A stretch of DNA of 64,000 bases from an uncultured Gemmatimonadales bacterium (GCA_963771275.1 CAVYSW010000003.1:544001-608000), one strand, 5' to 3'; counted from the stretch's first letter, positions 44,318 to 54,469 are shown. The notes: generated from the sequence alone by a model not told the origin. Program-made: numbers and translations.

Positions 44318-45577
44318 ATGCGTATGCGGACACTCGGATTCCTGATCATGGCCGGCCTGGGCGCCACGACCGGGGCGCTCGCGGCTCAGGGTGGCTCTCC
44401 TCGCCGAGTTCAGGCCGACGTCAACTACCTCGCCGCCGATGCCCGGGAAGGGCGCGGCGTCGGGACGGCCGGTCTCACGCAGGCCGCCGACTACATTGCC
44501 CGGGAGTTCGCCCGCATCGGGCTCACCCAGCCGCCTGGCGGGTTTTTCCAGGATTTCACGATCGATTCCACCGCTCCGGGCGCGGCCCACGCGGGCTTGG
44601 GTGGGGCCGCGGTAAAGAACGTCGTGGGCATCCTGCCGGGCCGCGGCCCGCTGGCGGGAGAGGCCGTCGTGATCGGCGCTCACTACGACCACCTGGGACG
44701 TGGTGGCGCCGAGGTCGGCGCGCTCGACCCCGACAGCGTCGGCGTGATTCACAACGGGGCGGACGACAACGCGTCCGGAACGGCGGCGATGCTGGAGGTG
44801 GCGCGGCTGCTGCGCGCCCGGCTGCAGGGGGACCGGCGCACCATCGTGTTCGTCGCGTTCACGGCGGAGGAGCTGGGGACGATCGGGTCGCTGTACTACG
44901 TGTCGCACCCGCTGGTGCCGAACGACTCGACCATCACGATGATCAACTTCGACATGGTCGGCCGGCTGCGCGCCAACCGGCTGCTCGCCCTGGGCGCCCT
45001 GAGCGCGCAGGAGCTGAAGTCGCTGCTCGATTCCCTCAACGTGGGCGCCGGATTCGACCTCCACGCCGAGGGCGACGGCTGGGGGCCGAGCGACCATCAG
45101 TCGTTCTACGCGCACAAGATCCCGGTGATCCAGTTCTTCACCGATCTGGAGGAGCAGTACCACCGGACGACCGACGACGCCAACCTGATCAACGCCGACG
45201 GCCTGGCGAGGATCGCGGGCTTCGGCGCCGAGGTCGCCGCCGTGCTGGCAACCCGGCCCACGATGCTGACGTACGTGAGCGCGCCGCAGCCGGTCATGGC
45301 CAGCGGGTCGCGCGCGTCGCTCGGCACGGTCCCCGACATGGCCAGCTCGCCCGGCGGCGTGCGGCTGAGCGGCGTCCGGGAAGGTAGTCCGGCCGCCGTG
45401 GCCGGCATCGCGGGCGGCGACATCATCATCAAGATCGGCGACTACGACGTGAAGGACCTGTACGGCATGCAGAATGCCCTCACGAAGTACAAGGGCGGGG
45501 ACGTCGTGACGGTCGTCGTGCGGCGTGGCGACGAGACCAAGTCCTTCACGGTGACCCTCGGCGGGAGTCGTGGCTAA
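44318..45577 (+). CDS. Secreted M28-family metallopeptidase with C-terminal PDZ domain
   Basis: Signal peptide; IGAHYDHLG, NGADDNASG, AEELG, NFDMVG, SDH, YH; PDZ SLGTVPD...GSPAAVAGI..GDII. Confidence 0.9.
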   Translation: MRMRTLGFLIMAGLGATTGALAAQGGSPRRVQADVNYLAADAREGRGVGTAGLTQAADYIAREFARIGLTQPPGGFFQDFTIDSTAPGAAHAGLGGAAVKNVVGILPGRGPLAGEAVVIGAHYDHLGRGGAEVGALDPDSVGVIHNGADDNASGTAAMLEVARLLRARLQGDRRTIVFVAFTAEELGTIGSLYYVSHPLVPNDSTITMINFDMVGRLRANRLLALGALSAQELKSLLDSLNVGAGFDLHAEGDGWGPSDHQSFYAHKIPVIQFFTDLEEQYHRTTDDANLINADGLARIAGFGAEVAAVLATRPTMLTYVSAPQPVMASGSRASLGTVPDMASSPGGVRLSGVREGSPAAVAGIAGGDIIIKIGDYDVKDLYGMQNALTKYKGGDVVTVVVRRGDETKSFTVTLGGSRG

Positions 45578-46031
45578 GGCGGTCCTCGACGCGGAAGCGG
45601 TAGTCCGCGCGCTGCAGGGGGCGTTCAGTCGCGACGTCGGGCGCCGCGCGCTGTTGCAGCTCGCGGCGTCCCGTCTGCGCGCGGCCGGGCCGCCGTACAG
45701 CGGCGTCTACCTCTACATGGTGCAGGACGGCGACCTCGTGCTCGAGGCGTTCGACGGGCGCTCGACCGAGCACACGCGCATTCCGGTGGGAGCCGGCATC
45801 TGCGGCCGCGCGGTCGCGGAGCGCCGCGACATCAACGTGCCGGACGTGCGCCGGGCCGACGGCTACCTTGCCTGCAGCATCGAGACGCGATCGGAGCTGG
45901 TGGTGCTGATCCGGCGACACGACGAGATCCTGGGACAGATCGACATCGACAGCGACGTGACGGACGGCTTCGCGGCGGCCGAGGAAGCGGCGGTAAGGAC
46001 CGTGGCGGACGCCCTGGCGGTTCTCCTCTGA
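45570..46031 (+). CDS. GAF-domain protein (free Met-R-sulfoxide reductase-like)
   Basis: HTRIPVGAGICG, NVPDV, YLACS.ETRSELVV, GQIDIDS. Confidence 0.8.
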   Translation: MAKAVLDAEAVVRALQGAFSRDVGRRALLQLAASRLRAAGPPYSGVYLYMVQDGDLVLEAFDGRSTEHTRIPVGAGICGRAVAERRDINVPDVRRADGYLACSIETRSELVVLIRRHDEILGQIDIDSDVTDGFAAAEEAAVRTVADALAVLL

Positions 46032-46032
46032 A

Positions 46033-46112
46033 GCGGAGAGGGGCAGAGGGGGAGAGGGGGAGGGATGCAGCACGTCCCTTCCATCTCTCCCCCTCTGCCC
46101 CTCTGCCCCTTC
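46033..46112. repeat. Inverted array of 8-mer repeats (GGGCAGAG/GGGGAGAG)
   Basis: Left arm GCGGAGAG GGGCAGAG GGGGAGAG GGGGAGGG; right arm CTCTCCCC CTCTGCCC CTCTGCCC CT. Confidence 0.88.
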
Positions 46113-46120
46113 CCGATCCG

Positions 46121-46951
46121 ATGCACGAAGTAATCACCGTCAATGGGGTCGCGCTGTTCACCCGGACCTTCGGAGACGGGCCCGACGTCGTCGTGCTGCA
46201 CGGCGGGCCGGGGGCGCACCACGACTATCTCCTCCCCCAATTCGACCGCCTGGCGCGCGGTCGCCGGCTGCGTTACTACGACCAGCGGGGTGGCGGCCGC
46301 TCGCCGGTGCCCCGGGCCGTGTCGGTGACGTGGCGCGATCAGGTCGCCGATCTCGCCGCGCTGCTCGCGCACTGGGACGCCGCACCTGCCACCCTGCTGG
46401 GCTACTCCTGGGGAGGGTTGCTCGCCCTGCTGTTCGCCGTCGAGCATCCCGATCGGGTGGCGCGGCTCGCTCTCGTGTGCCCCGCCCCGTCCAACGCGCG
46501 CGACCGGCGGCGGTTCGAGACGCGGTTTGCCGAGCGGTCGCGCACCCCGGCCATCGCCCAAGCGCGCGCAGATCTCCAGGCTTCCGGCCTGCGCGAGCGC
46601 GAGCCCGCGGTGTACCGGCGGCGCGCGTTCGAGCTCTCGGTCGCGGGGTACTTCCACGACTTCGCGACCGTCGGGAGCCTCACGCCATTTCGCCTGACCG
46701 GCCGGACGCAGGAGGACGTGTGGCGCAGCCTCGGGGACTACGATCTGCGTCCCGCCCTTGACGCTCTGCGGATTCCCGGCCGCGTGTTCGCCGGTCGCCA
46801 CGACCCCATCCCGCTCGACACGGCCGAAGACACGGCCCGCCGCATCGGCGCTGAGCTCGTGGTGTTCGAGTCGTCCGGCCACTGCCCGTACGTCGAGGAG
46901 CCCGACCGGTTCATGACCGAGCTGGACCGCTGGCTCCCGAGCGCGGCGTGA
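46121..46951 (+). CDS. Alpha/beta hydrolase (proline iminopeptidase-like)
   Basis: LHGGPG, YDQRGGGRS, GYSWGG, GRHD, SGHCP. Confidence 0.88.
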   Translation: MHEVITVNGVALFTRTFGDGPDVVVLHGGPGAHHDYLLPQFDRLARGRRLRYYDQRGGGRSPVPRAVSVTWRDQVADLAALLAHWDAAPATLLGYSWGGLLALLFAVEHPDRVARLALVCPAPSNARDRRRFETRFAERSRTPAIAQARADLQASGLREREPAVYRRRAFELSVAGYFHDFATVGSLTPFRLTGRTQEDVWRSLGDYDLRPALDALRIPGRVFAGRHDPIPLDTAEDTARRIGAELVVFESSGHCPYVEEPDRFMTELDRWLPSAA

Positions 46952-47610
46952 CGCGCGCCGATCCATTCGATCTCGTCTTTCACGACCTGCTCACCGAGCT
47001 GGACGCGCTTCCTGCCGCCGCCGCGCGCGCCGGCAAGGACCCACGCGACCGGGCGGCGTTCGCCCGGGTGCCCGAGGTGCTGCGGCTGGTGGAGCGGATC
47101 GCGCCGACGGCCGATGCGGCGGGGCCCGCCGCGACGCACGAGTACGCCGCCCTGCTGTACGCCGCGTTTCGGTTCCGGGAGGCCGGGGAGCGTGTGCTCG
47201 TGATATCCCGGGCGCGGCTCGAGCCCGCGCTGTCGGTGCTTACGTCGGCGGAGCCGCCGCGGATCCCGGGCAAGGCGTGCTACCTGCAGCTGCCGCCCGC
47301 CTGGTTCTGGGCACGAGCGACCGACGACGGGGCGCACGAGCCGCTGGACGGCTGCTTCGTGATCGAGGGCTCGCGCGGCGACGAGATCACGATCGTCGCC
47401 GTCCTCGGGCTGCGGCGCGAGCGCGGTGGCTTCACGCAGGTCACGCTGCATGTCGCGCCGGGCGATTTCGCTGAGGCGCGCGCCCTGCGGCGCGACCCGC
47501 CGTTCGCACCGCTCATGGAGGGCGGCGCCGCGGCCGGATTCCGCTCGCTCGCCACGCCGGCCGAGCTGCTCACGCTCGTGCACCTCGCCGTCGTCGCCGC
47601 CACGGAGTAG
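46948..47610 (+). CDS. Hypothetical protein
   Basis: GTGA coupling to the upstream gene, GC3-biased codons, YLQLP..WFW and EPLDG motifs; no family recognised. Confidence 0.7.
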   Translation: MTRADPFDLVFHDLLTELDALPAAAARAGKDPRDRAAFARVPEVLRLVERIAPTADAAGPAATHEYAALLYAAFRFREAGERVLVISRARLEPALSVLTSAEPPRIPGKACYLQLPPAWFWARATDDGAHEPLDGCFVIEGSRGDEITIVAVLGLRRERGGFTQVTLHVAPGDFAEARALRRDPPFAPLMEGGAAAGFRSLATPAELLTLVHLAVVAATE

Positions 47611-47620
47611 CTTGCCGCGC

Positions 47621-48319
47621 ATGCAGGACGCCGCCCAGCGGATCAGGCCGATCATCGCGAAGCTCCGGCGCCGGTATCCGGCGGCTCGGTGCTCGCTCGA
47701 TTTCGGGGGAGCGCTCGAGCTGCTGGTCGCCACGATCCTCTCGGCCCAGTGCACCGACGAGCGCGTCAACCTCGTGACGCCCGTGCTGTTCGCGAAGTAC
47801 CGGACGGCGCGCGATTTCGCCGACGCCGACCCCGCGGAGCTCGAGAGCATCATCCGGCCCACCGGGTTCTATCGCAACAAGACCAGGTCGCTGATCGGCA
47901 TGGGCCGGGCGCTGGTCGAACGGCACGGCGGCGAGGTCCCCCGGTCCATGGAGCAGCTGACGGCAATCCCCGGCGTCGGCCGCAAGACCGCCAACGTGGT
48001 GCTCGGTAACGCGTTCGACATCAGTGCCGGGGTGGTCGTCGACACGCACGTGACCCGCATTGCCCAGCGCCTCGGCCTGACCCGGCACCGGGATGCGGTG
48101 AAGATCGAGCAGGACCTGATGGGCCTGGTCCCCCAACGCCACTGGACGCTGTTCCCCCACCTCATGATCCATCATGGCCGGGCCGTGTGTCAGGCGCGCA
48201 AGCCCAAGTGCGAGATCTGCCCGGTGCTCGCCCTCTGCCCGTTCCCCGCCGGCGGCGCGCCGCGCGCGGCGGGAACCACGCGGGGCGTTCCGGGACGCCG
48301 ACCCCGAGCGCGGCGCTAG
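47621..48319 (+). CDS. nth: Endonuclease III
   Basis: LLVATILSAQCTDERVN, IPGVGRKTANVV HhH, VVDTHV, C-x6-C-x2-C-x5-C Fe-S motif. Confidence 0.95.
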   Translation: MQDAAQRIRPIIAKLRRRYPAARCSLDFGGALELLVATILSAQCTDERVNLVTPVLFAKYRTARDFADADPAELESIIRPTGFYRNKTRSLIGMGRALVERHGGEVPRSMEQLTAIPGVGRKTANVVLGNAFDISAGVVVDTHVTRIAQRLGLTRHRDAVKIEQDLMGLVPQRHWTLFPHLMIHHGRAVCQARKPKCEICPVLALCPFPAGGAPRAAGTTRGVPGRRPRARR

Positions 48320-48374
48320 CGCTCCCCGGGCCGCTTCGTTCCGCCGCTCCACTCCCCGGCCGTACATTCCCGGC

Positions 48375-50453
48375 ATGCCATCCCGCCTGGCCGACGCGCT
48401 TTCCGCATACCTCCGCTCCGCCGCCGATCAACCGGTGGACTGGTATCCGTGGGGTCCCGAACCGTTCGCGCGCGCGCGACAGGAGGGCAGGCCCATCCTG
48501 CTCGACATCGGCGCCGTGTGGTGCCACTGGTGCCACGTGATGGACCGCGAATCGTACGAGAGCCCGGCGATCGCGGAGCTGCTCGCCAGGGACTGGATCT
48601 GCGTCAAGGTGGATCGAGACGAGCGGCCCGACGTGGACGCGCGCTATCAGCGGGCCGTGCAGGCCATCACGGGGCAGGGCGGCTGGCCGCTCACCGGCTT
48701 TCTGACGCCGGACGGCGACGTGTTCTACGGCGGCACCTACTTCCCGCCGGATGGGGCGCACGGGCGGCCCGGCTTCGCGACCGTGCTCAAGGAGCTGGCG
48801 CGCGTGCACCGCGAAGAGCCCGCCAAGCTCGCCGACCAGGCCGCGATGATCCGCCGTCACCTCGAGGAGCACGCGGCCGAGTCCCGGCCGGGCACGCTGC
48901 CGCCCGACCTCATCAAGCACGCGGCAGACGGGATGGCGCAGGTGTTCGACTTCCGCTACGGCGGGTTTGGCACCGAGCCGAAGTTCCCCTACCCCACGGC
49001 GTGCGAGCTGTTGCTCGCCAGGTGGTGCGACACCCGCGAGGCGTGGCTCCGCGAGATGGTGGACCGCACGCTCACCGCGATGGCCCGGGGCGGTGTCTAC
49101 GACCAGATCGGCGGCGGGTTCCACCGGTACTCGGTGGATGCGCGCTGGATCGTGCCGCACTTCGAGAAGATGGCGTACGACAACGCCGCGCTGCTGCGGC
49201 TGTACGTGCACGCGGCGGCGTTGCCGAGAACGGAGGGGGAGAGGGGCGGGGGTGAGGAGGCGGCACTCTACCGCCACGTCATCGAGGGCGTCGTGCACTG
49301 GGTGACGACCGTGATGTCCGATCCCGCGGGCGGCTACTACGCCTCACAGGATGCCGACATCGGGCCGGAAGACGACGGTGACTACTTCACCTGGACCACG
49401 GACGAGGCGCGTGCCGCCGTGAGCCCGTCCGAGTTCGCGGCGCTCGCCCGCCGGTTCGACATCGAGCAGCAAGGCGAGATGCGGCACGACCCGCGCCGCA
49501 ACGTGCTCTGGGTGCGGCAGTCGTTCGGCGAGATCGCGGGCGTGCTCGGCGTAACGGAGCACGAGGTTGCCGCGCTGGTCGACTCCGGCGCCCGCAAGCT
49601 CGCCGACGCGCGCGGGCGCCGGGCCGCACCGTTCATCGATCGCGCGGTGTATACCGGCTGGAGCGCCATGCTCGCGTCCGCGACGCTGGCGGCGGGCGCC
49701 TTCCTCGCGCGCCCCGGGATCGAACGTCACGCTCTCGCGACACTCGACCGCCTGTTTCGCGATGCCGCGGACGGGGACGGCGGCGTGCGTCACGGGATCG
49801 ACAGTGCGGTGACCGGCATCCTCGAGGACCAGGTGCATCTCGCGGACGCCGCGCTCGACGCCTACGAGGCGACCGGCGCGCGCCTCTGGCTCGATCGCGC
49901 CGCGGCGCTGATGGAGCATGTGTGGACGGTCTATCGCGCGGACGACGGCGGCTTGTTGGACCGGGCGCCGCGCGGCGGGGAGGGCATGCTGGGCCACCGC
50001 GTCAAGCCCGTGCTGGACGCGCCGACGCCGTCACCGAACGGCGTCGCGGTCGCGCTGCTCGCCCGTCTCGCCGAGCACACCGGCCACGCTTCGTGGCGGG
50101 ACCGCCGTGACGACCTGCTCGGTACGTTCGGCGGTGGCCTCGCCGATCTCGGCCTGCACGGCGCGGCGCTGCTGCTCGGCGCCGACTGGGCGCTCAACCC
50201 CGCCACGCACGTGGTCGTGGTGGCGCCCGCCGGACCGGACGGTGACGCGTTGCGGCGCGCCGCGCGGGTGGCCTATCGGCCCCGCAAGGTCGTCACCCTG
50301 CTCGCCCCGGGCGACCCGGCCGCCGGTCTCCCGCCACCCGTTCAGGCAATGCTGGACGGGGCGACGCCTCGCGCCTACGTCTGCGTCGGCACCGAGTGCC
50401 TCGCGCCGACCGATTCCGCAGACGGCCTCCTTCACCTTCTGGAACCGCGATGA
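48375..50453 (+). CDS. Thioredoxin-domain protein YyaL/SPATA20 (DUF255) family
   Basis: WCHWCHVM..ES, KVDRDERPDVD, GGWPLT, GGFHRYSVD..W.VPHFEKM.YDN. Confidence 0.92.
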   Translation: MPSRLADALSAYLRSAADQPVDWYPWGPEPFARARQEGRPILLDIGAVWCHWCHVMDRESYESPAIAELLARDWICVKVDRDERPDVDARYQRAVQAITGQGGWPLTGFLTPDGDVFYGGTYFPPDGAHGRPGFATVLKELARVHREEPAKLADQAAMIRRHLEEHAAESRPGTLPPDLIKHAADGMAQVFDFRYGGFGTEPKFPYPTACELLLARWCDTREAWLREMVDRTLTAMARGGVYDQIGGGFHRYSVDARWIVPHFEKMAYDNAALLRLYVHAAALPRTEGERGGGEEAALYRHVIEGVVHWVTTVMSDPAGGYYASQDADIGPEDDGDYFTWTTDEARAAVSPSEFAALARRFDIEQQGEMRHDPRRNVLWVRQSFGEIAGVLGVTEHEVAALVDSGARKLADARGRRAAPFIDRAVYTGWSAMLASATLAAGAFLARPGIERHALATLDRLFRDAADGDGGVRHGIDSAVTGILEDQVHLADAALDAYEATGARLWLDRAAALMEHVWTVYRADDGGLLDRAPRGGEGMLGHRVKPVLDAPTPSPNGVAVALLARLAEHTGHASWRDRRDDLLGTFGGGLADLGLHGAALLLGADWALNPATHVVVVAPAGPDGDALRRAARVAYRPRKVVTLLAPGDPAAGLPPPVQAMLDGATPRAYVCVGTECLAPTDSADGLLHLLEPR

Positions 50454-50890
50454 AAATCGACTTCGCTCTCGCCTGCGACTACGCGCTGATCGATCAGTAC
50501 GGCAAGCTGTCCGTGCTCGGCATCTTCCAGCACATCTGGGTTGCGCAGTTTCCCACCGTGCACCCGCGTCTCCACCTCGTCGTGCGGCTCAAGGGAAAGC
50601 GCACGGAAGTCGGCCAACACCACATTCTCATCCGGCTGCTCGACGAGGAAGGCGTGCAGATCCTGAACGGGGAGGGCACGGTGACGTTCAACGAGCCGCC
50701 GGCGGGAGTCATCGAGATCGAAGCCGGCACCGTGCTGGCCTTCGACGTCCCGTTCCGCAAGCCGGGCCGCTACCAGTTCGAGATCAGCATCGACGGCCGG
50801 ATCGAGACGACCGTGCCGATCACCGTCTCCCAGGCGCCGCCGGGGGGCACGGCGCCAGGCGCTCCGGGCGCCCCACGCGGGGTGCACTAG
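50450..50890 (+). CDS. DUF6941-like small beta-sandwich protein
   Basis: LACDYA...GKLSVLGIF and F.KPGRY.FEI.IDG; ATGA overlap. Confidence 0.75.
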   Translation: MKIDFALACDYALIDQYGKLSVLGIFQHIWVAQFPTVHPRLHLVVRLKGKRTEVGQHHILIRLLDEEGVQILNGEGTVTFNEPPAGVIEIEAGTVLAFDVPFRKPGRYQFEISIDGRIETTVPITVSQAPPGGTAPGAPGAPRGVH

Positions 50891-50892
50891 CG

Positions 50893-52629
50893 GTGACGGC
50901 CGGTCCAGCACGGAGCGACGGAGGCTCCGGCTCCCCGCCGGCGGGCCCGCCCGCGCATCGGTCGCCCCGGGGATCGCTCCTGCTGGCTGCCGGACTGGCC
51001 CTCGCCGGTCTCACGTACGGCCTCACCGCCTACCCGCTGCTCGAGCCGGACGAGGGGCGGAACGCCGAGGTGGCGCGCGAGATGGCGGTCGGCAGCGACT
51101 ACGTGCTGCCGCACCTCAACGCCCTGCCCTACGTGGACAAGCCGGTGCTGTACTTCGCGGCGAGCGCTCTCACGATGAAGCTGCTCGGCCCCACCGAGCT
51201 CGCCGCGCGGCTGCCGTCGCTCGCATTCACCCTGCTCACCGTCGCCCTGGTGGCCTGGTTCGCGCGCCGTCTGCTCGGCACTCCCGCCGCCTGGACCGCC
51301 GCCATCGCCACGGCCGCGACGCCGTTTACCCTGGCGTACGCGCGCACCGCGATCTTCGACGCCGCCCTCACGCTGTGGGTGGTGGCGGCGCTGATGGGAT
51401 TCTATCTGGCGGTGGAGACGGGACGGGACCGCCGACCGACGGCGGCGCGGTGGAGCGCGGCCGCCTGGGTCGCCATCGCGCTCGGCGTCCTGACCAAGGG
51501 CCCGGTCGCGCTCGCCGTCCCCCTGCTCGTCGCTTTGCCCTACGCGGTCTGGCGCCGCCAGGCCTCGAAGGTGCTCGATCCGGTGGGCATGCTGGCCCTG
51601 CTGGCGCTGGTCCTCCCCTGGGTGTTCGCCGTCACCAACCGCGTGCCGGATTTCCTGCGTTACGTGCTGCTGGTGGAAACGGCCGACCGGCTTGCCGGGA
51701 GCGGACTGGGGCGGACGGAGCCGTGGTGGTACTTCCTGCCGATCACCGTCGGCGCCGCCCTGCCGTGGAGCCTGGTGGCCTGCAGCGCTCTCACGAGGCG
51801 ACGGTCCGCGGGAGTCGACCACCGGCTGGTGTTCCTGCTGCTCTGGATCGCCGTGCCGGTCGTGTTCTTCAGCCTGTCCCAGTCGAAGCGCCCGCAGTAC
51901 ATCCTCCCCGTGGTTCCCGCGTTCGGGCTGCTCGTCGCCCTCGTGTGGGACCGCGCCGACGGGCGGCTCCCCGGCGCTCGACTCGCAGGCACCGCGCTCG
52001 CGCTGCTGGGCGCGGCCCTGACGCTCGGCGGCTCGCGGCTGCCGTCGCTGGTGCGCTCCAGCGCCGCGGTGGCGGCCGTGATCCCGCGTACCGCCCTGTG
52101 GCTCGGCGCGCTGTGCGTGGTGAGCGGTGCCGCGGCGTGGATGTTCGCGACGCGTCGGGACCGGGCCCTGATTGCGCTCGCGCTCCCCGTGGCGGCGATC
52201 CCCGTCATCGCGATGCCGCTGATGCGCGCCATCGGGAGCGAGCGGTCCAGCCGCGCGCTGGCCGACGCCATTGCCCCGTTCGTGCCGGAACACGCGGAGA
52301 TCGTGGCGATCGCCACGTACCCGCTCTCACTCCCGTTCTACCTGCGCCGGACCCTGACGCTGGCCACGCCGGACGGCCGGGAGCTCACCAGCAACTACGT
52401 GGCGCGGCGACTCGCCGCGCTGCGCCTGGCACCCGGCAGCACGCTCCGGCCGGCCGACTGGTGGGAGAGCGCGCTCGTCGAGTGCGACCGGCCGAGGCTC
52501 TTCGTGGTCGGAGTCGACGACCGGGCCGCCCGCCAGCGCCTCGCGACCCTGCTCGCGTTGCGCGGCGAGTCTCGAAAGGTGGCGGTCTACGGTCCGTGCC
52601 GCGCCGGCGAGTACGCCCGGCGTCCCTGA
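50893..52629 (+). CDS. ArnT/GT39-like (GT-C) membrane glycosyltransferase
   Basis: EPDEGRNAEVAREM, YVDKPVL, ARLPS, LTKGPV, EPWWYF, SQSKRPQYILP; start approximate. Confidence 0.88.
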   Translation: MTAGPARSDGGSGSPPAGPPAHRSPRGSLLLAAGLALAGLTYGLTAYPLLEPDEGRNAEVAREMAVGSDYVLPHLNALPYVDKPVLYFAASALTMKLLGPTELAARLPSLAFTLLTVALVAWFARRLLGTPAAWTAAIATAATPFTLAYARTAIFDAALTLWVVAALMGFYLAVETGRDRRPTAARWSAAAWVAIALGVLTKGPVALAVPLLVALPYAVWRRQASKVLDPVGMLALLALVLPWVFAVTNRVPDFLRYVLLVETADRLAGSGLGRTEPWWYFLPITVGAALPWSLVACSALTRRRSAGVDHRLVFLLLWIAVPVVFFSLSQSKRPQYILPVVPAFGLLVALVWDRADGRLPGARLAGTALALLGAALTLGGSRLPSLVRSSAAVAAVIPRTALWLGALCVVSGAAAWMFATRRDRALIALALPVAAIPVIAMPLMRAIGSERSSRALADAIAPFVPEHAEIVAIATYPLSLPFYLRRTLTLATPDGRELTSNYVARRLAALRLAPGSTLRPADWWESALVECDRPRLFVVGVDDRAARQRLATLLALRGESRKVAVYGPCRAGEYARRP

Positions 52630-52630
52630 C

Positions 52631-54469
52631 ATGTGCGGCATCTGCGGGACCGTGGCCTTCGGGGCAGGCGCACTCGAGGCGCCGGAGGCGGTCGAGCAGC
52701 TCCGCGCCGCGCTGCGGCACCGTGGCCCCGACGGCGAGGGCCTGTGGCGCACCGACCGCGCGGCGCTCGGCGCGACACGGCTGCGCGTGGTGGATCTCGA
52801 CCCGCGCGCGGATCAGCCGTTCACGGACCCCGCCGGTGTGGTCCTCGTGTGCAACGGCGAGATCTACAACGCCGGCGAGCTGCGACGCCGGTACGCCACG
52901 TACCCCTTCCGGTCCCGCTCCGACGTCGAGGCGCTGCTGCCCCTGTACCTCGATCGCGGGCCCCACGGGCTCGACCAGATCGACGGGATGTTCGCGGTGG
53001 CGATCTGGGACGCCGGCCGCGCGCGTCTGACGCTGGCGCGGGACCGTGCGGGTGAGAAGCCGCTGTTCTACACGGAGCGCGGTGGCGAAGTCTGGTTCGC
53101 GTCCGAGATCGGCGCCCTTCTCGGGGCGCCCGGCGTGTCCCGGGCCGTCGATCCGGATGCGCTCGCCGAGTACGTGCGGCTCGGCTACGTGCGGGAGCCG
53201 CGCACGCCGTTCCCGGCGATCCGCAAGGTGCCGGCCGGGACCATCCTCACCTTTGCGGCCGAGGGCCGGGCGGCGCACCGCTACTGGCAGCCGGTGGACC
53301 CCGCACTGCCGCCACCCGACGCGCCCGCGATGCGGCGCCTGCTGGAGCGCGCGGTCGGGAAGCAGGTCACCGCCGACGTGCCGATCGGGATCTTCACCAG
53401 CGGCGGGCTCGATTCATCGCTGCTCGCCGTGCTCGCCGTCCGCGCGCTCGGCGCGGACCACGTGCACACGTTCACCGTGGGGTTCCCGGACCGCGACTTC
53501 GACGAGCGGCCGTATGCCGCGCGGCTGGCCCGCCACCTCGGCACCCGTCACACCCAGATCGAGGTTGCCGGCTCCGACGTGCCGGCCGCGCTCGACGCGC
53601 TCGCCGCGAGCGGCGAGCCGATCGGCGACCCGGCGGCGATCCCCACACTGCGGCTCGCGCGTGCCGCCCGGGAGCGGGTCGGCGTCGTGCTGAGTGGCGA
53701 AGGCGCGGACGAGTTGTTCGGCGGCTATCCGACCTACGTCGGCCACCGCGCGGCACCGGGGTTCGCGCGGCTCCCGACGGCGCTGCGCCGCGGCATCCGC
53801 GCCGCGCTGGACCGCGTTCCGCCGTCCTCCGGGCGGGTGCCACTCGAGTTCCTGCTCAAGCGATTCGTGTCGGTCGGCGACCGCCCGTGGGCCGAGCGGC
53901 ACCAGGCGTGGTTCGGGACCGGCCTCCCCGCGGAGGTCCTGCGGCCGTCATGGCGGGAAGGACCCCCCCTGAGCCCCCCCGATCCAAGCGACGCCGACGT
54001 GGTACGGCAGGCGATGCGGCTGGACTATGAGACCGCGCTGCGCGAGCGTCTGCTGGTCAAGGGGGACCGGGCCACGATGCGTGTCGCGCTCGAGGCCCGC
54101 GCCCCGTTCCTCGATCCGGACGTCACCCGCGCCGCGTTGTCCGCGCCGAGCCGCGTGCACGTGCGCGGGTTCCGCACCAAGATCCTGCTCCGGGCCGTGG
54201 CACGGGGCTCGGTTCCCGAGTTTATTGTGCGCAGGGGGAAGCGCGGGCTCAGCGTGCCGGTCGGGCGCTGGCTCAACGGCCCGCTGGCGGCCGTGGCGAA
54301 CGAGCACCTGGGGCGGGACCGGCTGGAGCGTCAGGGGCTGCTCGACGGCGCCGCCGTCGCGGGGCTCATGGCCGAGCATCGCGCGGGCCGGGCCGATCAC
54401 GGGCGCGCGCTGTGGCCGCTGCTGACATTGCAGCACTGGTTGGCGTACTGGGGACTGGAGGGGGGCTGA
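52631..54469 (+). CDS. asnB: Asparagine synthase (glutamine-hydrolysing) family amidotransferase
   Basis: MCGI, HRGPD, NGEIYN, RDRAGEKPLFY, SGGLDSS, SGEGADELFGGY, LEARAPFLD. Confidence 0.9.
   Translation: MCGICGTVAFGAGALEAPEAVEQLRAALRHRGPDGEGLWRTDRAALGATRLRVVDLDPRADQPFTDPAGVVLVCNGEIYNAGELRRRYATYPFRSRSDVEALLPLYLDRGPHGLDQIDGMFAVAIWDAGRARLTLARDRAGEKPLFYTERGGEVWFASEIGALLGAPGVSRAVDPDALAEYVRLGYVREPRTPFPAIRKVPAGTILTFAAEGRAAHRYWQPVDPALPPPDAPAMRRLLERAVGKQVTADVPIGIFTSGGLDSSLLAVLAVRALGADHVHTFTVGFPDRDFDERPYAARLARHLGTRHTQIEVAGSDVPAALDALAASGEPIGDPAAIPTLRLARAARERVGVVLSGEGADELFGGYPTYVGHRAAPGFARLPTALRRGIRAALDRVPPSSGRVPLEFLLKRFVSVGDRPWAERHQAWFGTGLPAEVLRPSWREGPPLSPPDPSDADVVRQAMRLDYETALRERLLVKGDRATMRVALEARAPFLDPDVTRAALSAPSRVHVRGFRTKILLRAVARGSVPEFIVRRGKRGLSVPVGRWLNGPLAAVANEHLGRDRLERQGLLDGAAVAGLMAEHRAGRADHGRALWPLLTLQHWLAYWGLEGG

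Noticed and set aside
49918..50892. N-terminal 325 aa of the 903-aa ORF as part of the glycosyltransferase
   Set aside because: It overlaps the YyaL and DUF6941-like genes in other frames; ArnT-like sequence starts only after about 50893.
52631..54469. AsnB-like gene as a lasso-peptide cyclase
   Set aside because: It has an intact N-terminal Cys glutaminase domain, and no precursor peptide, B1/RRE or B2 protease gene is nearby.
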